64,000 nt of DNA from Tubiluchus corallicola (taxonomy: Eukaryota; Animalia; Priapulida): positions 62,001 to 126,000 of the forward strand of contig JAQGDQ010000480.1 of the NCBI GenBank assembly GCA_030141605.1. Direction: 5' to 3'. The notes under the pieces are model-generated. The model ran no database searches and had not been told where the DNA came from. It saw only the letters and a program-made list of their open reading frames with translations. Made by a program: the position numbers and the translations under genes. Shown here piece after piece: positions 25,462 through 36,366 of the stretch (position 1 is the first letter of the stretch; each line of letters begins with the position of its first letter).

Positions 25462-26086
25462 TTAAAGGAAGACAGCGTGATTCTTCATATGCTACCCCGT
25501 TTTCAAGTACGGTAAAAACTATAAATTTTCACACCAATAATGCTGCAAAAGCGTGTCTGATTATTAAGTAATAGATTAAAATCTTAATTAACAGCGAGCG
25601 AGCCTAACTAATGATGACATCACAAACTGACATAATTGCTAACATCAAAAACATTCCATGAGCGTGTTGCGCGTGTTTGCAAAAGCGAAAATTGAAGTAT
25701 AGTGTTACTGCAAGAGATTCAGTGTGTTGTACTAAAACTCGGCAAGTTTTAAGATAAAAGTTCAAGTTTCAAATTTACCGCTGTCCTCACGCATGAGCTG
25801 TCGAACGTGTGCAGTTCGTCACAAACTAACACATCTGAACTGAGAAACACAGCACCTGTTTTTGTGCAACGCTTTCCGAAATGCAGGCGCTAGTGCCCGT
25901 CTAACTAGCAAATGGCGAAATGCATGTATCAACGAAGAACTAGTGGCGCGGACGCGAAATTGCACTTGTGTGGCAATAATTTTTCATGTAAGTCATTCTT
26001 TAAAAAAATAGTACGTTTTCTTTTAATATTTTAAAGAATAGATTGTTTTGACCTACAGTTTAACATTGGGTCCGGTTTTGCTTTAA
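25462..26086 (-). mobile_element. TTAA-flanked non-autonomous DNA transposon (family A; Kolobok/piggyBac-type ends), probably full length
   Basis: TTAA-AGGAAGACAG...CCGGTTTTGCT-TTAA with short imperfect inverted termini; right half matches 714-1043 in reverse. Confidence 0.6.
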
Positions 26087-26336
26087 GCACCAGTCTAGAT
26101 TTCTCGCCTTTTTTCAAGTTAAAAAATGAACAAACAAACAAACCGCCGTTCCTGACAAAGTTTGTATGATACGATATTTTGTTTTTTCGTTCGTTCATTC
26201 GTTTCTTTATATCTTTTTTGGTTTCTTTCTTTCTTTCTTTCTTTTTCTTTATTCGTTCGTACGTTTAACAAACAACAAAGATTGAACGGCCATTTCACTT
26301 TGTTTCTAGAAAGATTTGATCAGCGTTTTCATACAT

Positions 26337-28073
26337 TCAGACAATTTCATCTATATTGCCCGCCATAATGTCCTGATAAACGTCAATGAATTTATAGTCA
26401 GATAATGATTGGTAGCCACTGATAGCTTCCAGCATTTTCTGCAACTGTTTTTGCACTTGCTGAAAGCTTGGTCTGTCATCAGGATTTTCACGCCAACAAA
26501 CTTCAATCACTTCATACACATCTTCTGAGCAGCTTGGAGGACACTCCATGCGGTATCCATTTCTGACGGCTTCAATGACCTCACCAGCTGTTTTGTATTC
26601 CGGATAGGGCGTAGCCCCGAGAGTTACAATCTCCCAGAAGAGTACACCAAATGACCACACATCTGATTCTATGGAATATTTGTTAAACTGCAAAGACTCT
26701 GGTGCCATCCAGCGGACTGGCACCCGCTTTTGCAATCTCTTCACGTTAGACCGAAATCTGACAACATCTTCTTCTTTCCCAAATTTAGTGACCTTGCACC
26801 TAAGGTCTGCGGAGACAAGAATACTCCTGGCGGCCAAATCACGACACAAGCACTTATGCTTAGCCAGATGTTCAAGTCCAGAGACAATGTCAGAAGCAAA
26901 TGATACTGCCGTCCTGACAGTCAAGTTAGCACTGTTTATGTACTGGTCTGAATTCCCTGCTTCCTTCACAAGGAGCGATTTTAAGTCTCCGTTCTGCATG
27001 TAATCAACAATAACCACCAGACCTTTGTCTGCATCATTAATTTTTGTGATAACGCCCAGCAAATTTTTATGTGCAGGAATGTCTTTCAAAGTTTCAAGCT
27101 CCTTTTCGAGATATGCAGTAATGAACTGATTTCGCTTTGCCTTTATTGCGCATTTTGCTACAACTGTTTTTCTAACTCCATTTCTATCTGGTCTATCGTT
27201 GTGCAATACGGCTTTGTACACTTCGTTATAACTTCCTTCCCCGAGTTTTTCCAAATAGCGTATTTTGTTCCTTTTCACGTCAGGTTCCTCCATAGTAACT
27301 TTCGTAGGATTTTCTTTGTATGGCATTTTGTTGTTGCTTGTGACTTCATTTGGTCGAGGAGGTAGTGCAGGAACTGCAGCTATAGTTGGCGGTAGTACCG
27401 TAACATAAGGAAGGTCGTACACAACTTCCGTCCTCTGTTCCTGATTGATGGCAACCACACCTGCCATTCTTACAGGCTCAGTAGCTGATGCAGGCATGAT
27501 TGTCACTTGGCTTTTGCTGTCATCTGTCTTTCCGCAGCATATTAATTTACAACACCATGCAGCAGACATAACTGAGACAATAAATTCCAGTATGCCAAAT
27601 ATAACGTACGTTACGTGAATCTTTCGTAATGTGCTTCCATCCGAACATTCTGTATCATTACAGATGTAAGATGGTGTTAAAGCTACTATAATACCACTTA
27701 TAACTAACATTACGCAAGCAGTTATTGCAGAAAGGATAGACAACACCATGAAACTTATCCAAATGGGTGCACTAGGCTTTTTCTTTCCTACACATCCCAC
27801 AATTCCAGTTACTATGAAAATGATGCCTGCCCATACGCCAATGAACGCTCCTTGATAATAAAGAACCACAGAAAGTAATATTATCTCCAAAAGCAGAACA
27901 ATCGAACCAAAAACTATTTGAGTAACTGCTGTTACAAACGCCACTTTCTTAGTTGTTGCATCTTCTGCTAGTTGTCTGTCTTGCTGTTGCTGCAATGGCG
28001 CTATATTTTGTACAGCCATTTCTTGTAGCATGTAGTTCGGCATGTTAGCTACTTTAGCTGGTGCCATCGCCAT
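26337..28073 (-). CDS. Intronless MS4A/CD20-like 4-TM protein fused to a degenerate receptor-type tyrosine-kinase domain, 578 aa
   Basis: Single 1737-nt ORF. Four hydrophobic helices with CD20-family signatures ([25 protein letters not shown], Cys pair CNDTEC in the second extracellular loop, [15 protein letters not shown]). Tyr-kinase motifs [45 protein letters not shown]...P.DRPSF. Confidence 0.93.
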   Translation of the reverse strand: MAMAPAKVANMPNYMLQEMAVQNIAPLQQQQDRQLAEDATTKKVAFVTAVTQIVFGSIVLLLEIILLSVVLYYQGAFIGVWAGIIFIVTGIVGCVGKKKPSAPIWISFMVLSILSAITACVMLVISGIIVALTPSYICNDTECSDGSTLRKIHVTYVIFGILEFIVSVMSAAWCCKLICCGKTDDSKSQVTIMPASATEPVRMAGVVAINQEQRTEVVYDLPYVTVLPPTIAAVPALPPRPNEVTSNNKMPYKENPTKVTMEEPDVKRNKIRYLEKLGEGSYNEVYKAVLHNDRPDRNGVRKTVVAKCAIKAKRNQFITAYLEKELETLKDIPAHKNLLGVITKINDADKGLVVIVDYMQNGDLKSLLVKEAGNSDQYINSANLTVRTAVSFASDIVSGLEHLAKHKCLCRDLAARSILVSADLRCKVTKFGKEEDVVRFRSNVKRLQKRVPVRWMAPESLQFNKYSIESDVWSFGVLFWEIVTLGATPYPEYKTAGEVIEAVRNGYRMECPPSCSEDVYEVIEVCWRENPDDRPSFQQVQKQLQKMLEAISGYQSLSDYKFIDVYQDIMAGNIDEIV

Positions 28074-28202
28074 TGCTATATGATAGCTGTACTGTACAAT
28101 TTCAGCAAGCTAGATTCCCGTAAACAGTGCAAAAGATTCTGAGAACAAAGTTTTGCGCACAGTACATCATATGCGACTAAAACAAAACAACAAAAATGAT
28201 TG

Positions 28203-28210
28203 TTTATATA
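28203..28210 (-). promoter_or_regulatory. Candidate TATA box of the MS4A-kinase gene
   Basis: GGG-TATATAAA-CA on the minus strand about 130 nt upstream of the ATG. Confidence 0.4.
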
Positions 28211-31200
28211 CCCACATTATCTTACACGGTATTTTCTTTTCTTTGCATAATTTAAATTTGTAATTAATGAAAACCAGTTGAACTAAAATAAAAAGCTTTG
28301 CAGTTAAAGAAAGTTCAAGAAACAATCCCTAAAAAGTATAAACTTTTCAAAATGTTTCTAAATTTTTCTCCAGTTTTAAAGAAATTAGAGAACTTAGACA
28401 TAGGACCATATAGTTTCAGATAAAACTATAAACGCTAAACTAAAATGTATAAAGCATATTCTTTACCATATACCATATAACATAGGGTATATTATATCAT
28501 ATTATATTATATTATGTCATGTCATGTCATGTCATATAGATAACCCATTACAAAAATCGATAATTACAATATAATAGCCACAGATACCTCTAAAATTAGT
28601 ATTTACCTTTGCAATTTCGCCATTTTTATAATTTTTGAACTTAGCACATATTGAAATCACCAATAAATTAAAATCGCAGTAACACACAATTTCCTGTACC
28701 TTGTAGCAAAATTTCATATTTTCAAATTATACCTGATTTGTCACTTCACTAGGATGTAATTAAACCAGGATGTCCCTTGTTCCGGGACTCCCGGATGTCC
28801 CGCTCTACCGGAACTATAGAATATTCACCCGCAAGTCATCTAAAAATATTTAGTAACACGTTATAAATAACTACTTATTAATTCATAACAATAAAGCAAG
28901 CACAGGCCACGTTGATTTGGCAACTCTAGTGTAATAAAGCCACAGGAAGTCAGAAAAAAATCATAACTAATTTATGGTGGCTTGAAAAAATTACAATTTT
29001 GGCTGAGAAAGAAGGTCAGGCAATCAAATAAAAATATTCAAGTCGGTCACAATTTATTAAGGTGTCATAAACAATTCAAGTAATAAAACAGAAAATATTT
29101 TAAATCAGTTATTGTCTGCCAATACATGACTTGTACAATGTGCGAACTGACAACGCTATTTACATGTGATGGCAATACATGTGAAAAAAAATCATGTTTT
29201 TTTCAATATCTTAGAGTTACGGTAAAGGTTAATTTTTTTTCCTGTGACTGTTTTACCTGTGTCTTTATTACCTGGATTCTACATAACTGCAGTCGTACAA
29301 CTACCAATGTTTCTTGGAACTTGGTAAGTTTTCGGTAATTTGAGAAACTTATTAATAGCGTTAATGTCTGGTACATCGCAGTAACATGTAGCCTACAGTG
29401 CTTCTATGATAATTTCTTTTTTCATAGAAATGACAGCCAAACATGGACTCAGGGCCGGATTAAAGCATAAGCAAACGAAGCACGTGTTTAGGGAACCAAG
29501 TTAAGTCATTCCAATAACTACAGGCTTCTGGTGATGTAAATGACTATTTTTGCTGTTGGCATGTATCATGCCTTTTTTGTAGCTGATTTATTTAATTCAA
29601 ATTTCATTTTGAAGTAAAAAATATATAACTGCCCTAAATCCTATATAGACCAATGGAATTTATTTTATATATAATGTTGTATAATTTTTGTCACATAATT
29701 CGTATGTGTCTATGGAGAAGAGAGAGGGGCAAAGAAGAGAGACGGGGCAATTGGTGCTGGGTGTACTTAGACAACACGCCGTAATCAGGCCCTGGCAATA
29801 CTGAAGAATGAGAACAGGCTAGTCTCTCAGGGAGCACGCAATATTGTCTCCAGTTGGTCACGACTTTATCAGGATCTTATCAAACAATACGTTCAGAAAA
29901 TATTATCACTATTTTGGTATAGTATGGGATATCGTTGTCCAATATTGGTTCCTTCTTGGTACAATATTGTACGACAAAATTTTATAACCATATTTAGATA
30001 AAATTGCAATATTTTCGTCCGATGTTGGAAACACGTTCTTTGCTCGGGTTAGTCAAAAATAATGATAGAATATGGTAGCAATGTTTTTACACAACATTAA
30101 TATACCTGATTCAGACAAGATTTTATGGTATTATTGCTAAACATTGTCTCCACATTAGTACAAAATTTTCTTCAAATATTTTTGTCCCTGTATTTCTAAG
30201 ACGCCCACAATATTATTACAAATGTTGACACCACAATGTTACAACATTTTTATGAAATATTTGTAAAAAATGTTGTCTCCATGTTGATACAATATTTTCC
30301 TCAAATATTTTCTGGCCACGTATTTGCAAGATACCCGCAAACTTAGGAGCTAACGAGATTTCAATAACCATTCCACAGGCAAAGAAAAACAACAACGAAA
30401 TTTTCTACTAATCGTGAAATGAGATTCCATTAGGTGAAATCTGAAGTCGTTCTGCGTCCTAGCTGGGATATACAAGTACATGTAGCTATTATCAACCTAA
30501 GTGCACTTAATGTAATTATGTGAAAAAATTAATAAGCTAAAATAGTGCGTTAAAATACAATACGTACACTAATTAAAAACTAGTTGACGAGTATACGGTA
30601 AGGTCGTCAGAATTATTTATACAGTACGGCAAGTGAAGGTCATTAAATTACAATGGTAACGCACACGGTACATTATCATAGGCCATTTCACAGTGAGGAC
30701 GCGTGGCAAAATTCCTTCCTCGAGGAGAAATTCCTTGCGGCATTCCTCAGGAAATGGATCACATTGTTTTCTATAGCGCATTTCACACTGACGCCTCATG
30801 ACGAATTTTTCTCGTGCAATTCCTCGTGAGGAATCCGGCCGCCAGCTAGAAGCTGTGCGTCCTCCTCACGAAGAAAATTGACGCATAGTAAAATACTGCA
30901 TGATCCATTTTCGTGAGGAATCTCTCGGAATTCAAAGTAAAATTTAACTACTCAATTACTTCTTTCTTGTTTGGCGAACAACAAACAACACATTTCAGCA
31001 TAAATTTATAAGATTTAATCTCTCTTTTAACAGACAAACGATTTTATGTCATGCAACGGCCATAGCTATATTCTAGTGTAACTGTAAAATTTCTCCCGAT
31101 TGTCTTTCAAGTGTCCCATACAAAGTAGCAACAACAGCTACGGTGCTGTGTTGATCGTTATTTAACTTGTACGCAATAACAACGGTAATTAATATTATCG

Positions 31201-33426
31201 TAATAATAGTAAGCACCTAGTAATACAATATTATATAATAAAAACATTACGTCGTCATGTCGTCTTCGTTATCCATGTTGACGAGTTACAGCTACAAGCC
31301 TGCAGCTAACTAGACGCACAGAGAAAACCGGAGCAGTTTCACTGTGAAATGAACTTTGTTACTGCATAAGACTATTGCAATTGTTTAGATTTGGTTAGAT
31401 TAAATAAGGTTGCTGTGGGGCAAAGAATTTATAAAGATCTCTGCTGTATATACATGTATTATGCATATTTTTAATGAATAACTTTATTATTAAAATGTTA
31501 AATAAACAAAATAAAACTGTCAGCTTAATGTGGTTATTTTTCAACCCTGCTTTTGTTTTCAAAGTTTTAGCAATGAAACTTGCTAAACACATACAAAAAC
31601 GTCTAAAGCTGTCCATTTCAGACGAAAAGCATTGCCAATACACATGACCTGCGCAAGTCAAATTAGAAGTAACGCAATACATTTCTCAAATATGAATTCT
31701 TCTGACACCATGTTTTAGAAAAAAACACTATTCATGTATAAAAGATTAGAAAATTTTATTTAATTCATCATTTAACTTTACAAGGTTAAAATCATAACTG
31801 CTGATGTGGTGCCCTTCAACTGTCATATTCACTAGTTTTCACAAAATTATTATCTTGCATTTGCACATAAATTTTGATTGAATGAGCACGTTTTAAAATA
31901 CAAATTAAAAGGAAAACCAAAACACGGCATTGGAAGGAAAGCTGAAGTCATAACTGGAGCAGCATTGCATTTTTGCATAGAAAGGGTGACACTCACTACA
32001 AACAAACCTCGTTTTTTGCAGTACATAAGAGCTCCTTACAGAAAATATAATAGTAAAACTAATAAATTTTCAAATAATTACTAAAATACATGTCGCATTA
32101 GAAAGGTTTTATAACAATTACTAAGTATTAAGATGGATTGCAAGATAATTCTTTTCCTACAATCCATTGTTAACTAAAAGCAAAGGAAACTTCTTTCTGT
32201 GGTGCTTACAGATGTTCACTTTTGACTGGCAATGCATTCTTTGGTGCCAGAAACGATTTACCAGATTTACCAAGAAACTGCAGCATATTTGTTATATTAT
32301 CGGTTCTCTAAATTATTATTCAGATAAAATTTCCACTCAGTAAAAGTTTGCTAGTCCATACTGAGTCATTCATTGTTTTCAGCTTCCACATATAATGTTG
32401 TTACAAAAGCTTAAATGTATACATAGCATATACATGCATGCATTATATAATAGTTGCCTATATTATCATTATCAGTTAATACTCAAATTATATTTTTATA
32501 AGTGACTGTTGCATATACATTTCATTTTTACAAACATAAAGATTTGATTTTCTGCCATTTTTAACTTGTTAAAATACTCAACTTTTTGTTTTCTTGACAA
32601 AATTCCGTAAAACATGATTTCTTCTATTTTCTTATTTGCACACAGGACTGATAGAAGTTGTTAATTATTTGCAAACAGTTGCCTAGCACAGCAAACTTAA
32701 CTAACCAAAAAAGAATGTATATACTAAATTATGTGCGTACTAATTATACTATGACAAAGTCCTTTTTGTTATTTTTAGTAATATCGTTGATCACAATTTT
32801 CAGTCTTTTTTGTTAAAGTTGTTGATAAAAAATGTTTATATTTCTAAAACGATAAAATACCTAATTGCTAGAAAAAATGAAGATGGCAAAGAGCAAATAA
32901 ATTTATCTGTGACAAATATTAACACAAGAAGGTGCAAAGATGAGAAGGCATGCAATTTTGCTCCAGTTACCACAATGCGTAAATTTTTTATAAGGATAAT
33001 TTTACATTAGAAGGGTTCTAAAAACTGATTAGTTGCAAATAATTTAGCTATAATGTCACAAACAAGTTTGCATTAAATTTGTCTAAACTACAGTTTTTTT
33101 ATCTATCTGTGATACAATAATGTTCTTCAGGTCATCACGTTAAAATACATATCCTTTAGCCTCATATCTACTTTTCATAATGATTGTTAATTCTCCTCTA
33201 AACCATAGCACACTGCCTGGAAATCAAAACCACCACCAAGGTCAGTTGGTCAAATTTTTTATACAAATTGGCCAAACAAGGCGAGTGCCCACTTTAAGTA
33301 AGATGCTATGGGGCATAGTGGCAGTGTTCCGACTAATGCAAAATTCAGTGATTACATCATTTTTTGAGCAACTTTACTACATGATTCATCGACCAACAAT
33401 CGTAATTCCTAATGGCACAATATTAG

Positions 33427-36300
33427 TTAGCTGGTTGCCCCATTCTGCAAACCCTTGTTCGAATCAGCTTCGTTCTGGCTAGCAAGTATGACTGCATGCT
33501 GACCACCTCCGGACACCGACAATGCTGAGCGTGTGCTCAGCTGCTTGCCGCCCATTCGAACTGGTTCCCAACAATCCTCATCGTCACCAGTTCCAAGCTG
33601 ACAATTTGTACCCATACCCCATGCATAAACAGCACCTGAAGTACAATAGTAAACAACTATAATTAGCATGCAATTTAAGTAACAGCAGTATGTATTCGTA
33701 AATTGCACGCATCAGTTACATTACATACATGTCAAACAGAAACTTCGAAATAGCATCGAAAAACCATGCTAATAAGAAATATAACTCCAAATAGCAATGT
33801 GAACAACATAGTCAACGTCTATAGGCTTAATTATAGAACTCGCCTTCAACAGAAACAGCATAAGAAACGCAAGTGCCGCACGAAACATCCTTGCACCGGT
33901 GGTCAGTTAATCCAGGTATTAACGACGGTTCATCTCTGTCTGCAAGGTCTCCTTGACCCAGACCTAGCCGTCCATATTCTCTGCGACCCAGTGAATAAAC
34001 TTTACCTACAAAAATAACTAATTGCTTCAACGAGAAAAGAAGCCATGTGTATTTGTTGACTAATTATACCTAGAACTTAACAGCAACCTTGAAAGATATA
34101 TGATTTGTATTGTTTATTTCTAAAGGAGCTTCACTTAGGTACATACACAATAAAAGTCATCAACTAAACTTGCTACAGATTGAGAAGCCACTTTGCAAAA
34201 AATTACCCTAGAACAGCTAATAACAATTTCAGCTGCAATTAAATTTACTGTCGAAGTATGTAATTGTATATGGCGGATAAGAAAAATATGCAAAAGATTA
34301 TATTCATGTGCACAAAAACAGTATTTTGTTAAAACAAATAAGTGTTAATTTATATTCCCATACTACAATACTACACCCGCAATGTTCTTATTCAGAAGAA
34401 TATAATAATCAGTAACAGATTTTCCTGATTTAAATTATGACATATTTCAAACAATACCACACACTGTTAAAAACAAAAAAAAGTTGTGATATGCAAAAGG
34501 GGGAGGAATGTAATCTATAAGGAAGCCATTTTCTACCAGCCATTTAATCGCTCTAAACTTCCCAGTAACTTTCAGAAGAAAACACAAGGCAGGAACACAA
34601 TTACTTGCACGAAAATTTAAAGCGACACTCAATTAATTCAAAGTAGTGAAAAAAATTAACAAGATTTCTAACCATTGCTATCAAGTGCCAACGTGTGGTG
34701 TTGCCCACTCTTGATTTTCACCCAAGTATTGCCAGCAAACGACTTGGCCTCAAGCGGCATAAACACCGGTGATATCTCTCTTGGAACACCTGAAAATATT
34801 CCATGTCAGCATTTAATAGATAAAATTTTGTGAATGTTAGCACCCGTTTCTCAGAATCTGTTTTCAAAAAAGTATGCCAGACCACATGGGATCGTTGAGA
34901 TGAAGAACCAGCACCGTTCCAAAGCAAGGTAAACACCATACTGTGGTCTCTGGTGGTACAAGCACCATTCAGAAACAATGTAAACACCATACTATGGTCT
35001 CTGGTGGAACCAGCACCATTCAGAAACAAGGTAAGCACCATATTGTGTTTTCTGGTGGAACCGGCACCATCATCCCACAAGGTGAACACCATATTGAGAT
35101 TTCTGATGGAACGGGCACCATCATCCCAAAATAAGGTAAACACCATACTGTGGTTTCTGAAATGTAGTCTTTTAAATTGAAGCTATTACCTTTCCTTTTT
35201 CTCACCGGCTGGTTTAGTCAATTCTTCTAGAAGTACTCCAGCCACATTGTAAAACTTAAGAACTCTCAGAAAAAAATACGAGAACCCGGAGGAGACTCAG
35301 GCATTATGGAGAAGGTGAGGTAAACAGTCAATGACCGCCCAGTTCGATTCTCGTTCTCAATGGTTTCATTTGCCATACTGATCCTAGCTATTTACTCGCT
35401 AAGCATACATCCAAGCATGACAAAATACCTCTGTTAGTTCAGTGGATTATCTTAAACTTGTAGGGATATCCTTGGCGATGAGCCAAGCTCCAGTTGTGCC
35501 TGGATCATCAAAATAGGCCCTGAAGTTGAATTTTGGATTTTGGCTTATAACATATCAAATTATATAAAAAAGTATCCAATAACCAGTTAAAACAGCTGAA
35601 AAGCATATGAAACACTTTAAGAAGCCTAAAAATTATTAGGTAATTACTTATAATGTTTTAACTTCGAAACAACTTCACAAAAAATCAATCTACCATCTCA
35701 AAGACAGCCAATTATCCAGGCAATAATGCAGTTATGACACTGCGAAATCAATGAAATTTTAAAAGTGCACTTGCTTAACATGCATCTAGCTACACTTTGT
35801 ACTTAGTAATCAGCAGCAAACATAGTTGCGTATTTTAGCCAACTTAATTGGCAAAAGTTAAAACACATATTTATACAAGAATTTACATTTTCCATGCTGA
35901 AATGACAAGATATCACGTTGAATAGCAAGCAAGTATTAATTTTTCAACCAGGTAATTTCTTTTCATGAAAATACATCAACAAAATACATAGCATATGTTT
36001 AAAATCTTCTGATTTATCTCCTTATCTTGTTCTCGGTACGACTGGATGTAACAATAGGCTATCAGATAAACAAAGAAAACAATATATTTTTTATTTTTTT
36101 GCAAATCAAACATGAAAGAACACAGTTTGTGACTATGTACTTCAACAATGACATAATATTGTCATCAAGGAATAAGAAAAGAAAATTTCTGCAATTGTTG
36201 GAAAATAAATCTACCTGTAGCAGTGAAACTGTTTAGACATACTAAAAACAATCAAATTTAAATGAAACATTTGTACAGAGAGAGAGAGGGAGAGAGGGAG

Positions 36301-36366
<66 letters not shown>

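Noticed and set aside
26671-27365. Plus-strand ORFs over the kinase gene (likewise 50668-51171 over KTI12 and 53223-53531 over BCCIP)
   Set aside because: Antisense shadows of real coding sequence with no independent homology.
34718-35205. Repetitive ORFs (MVFTLF.. repeats)
   Set aside because: Produced by an intronic minisatellite whose unit length is a multiple of 3.
35428-35519. Exon-like segment with AG/GT borders inside RCC1
   Set aside because: Stops in all three frames, and RCC1 homology is complete without it (at most a poison exon).
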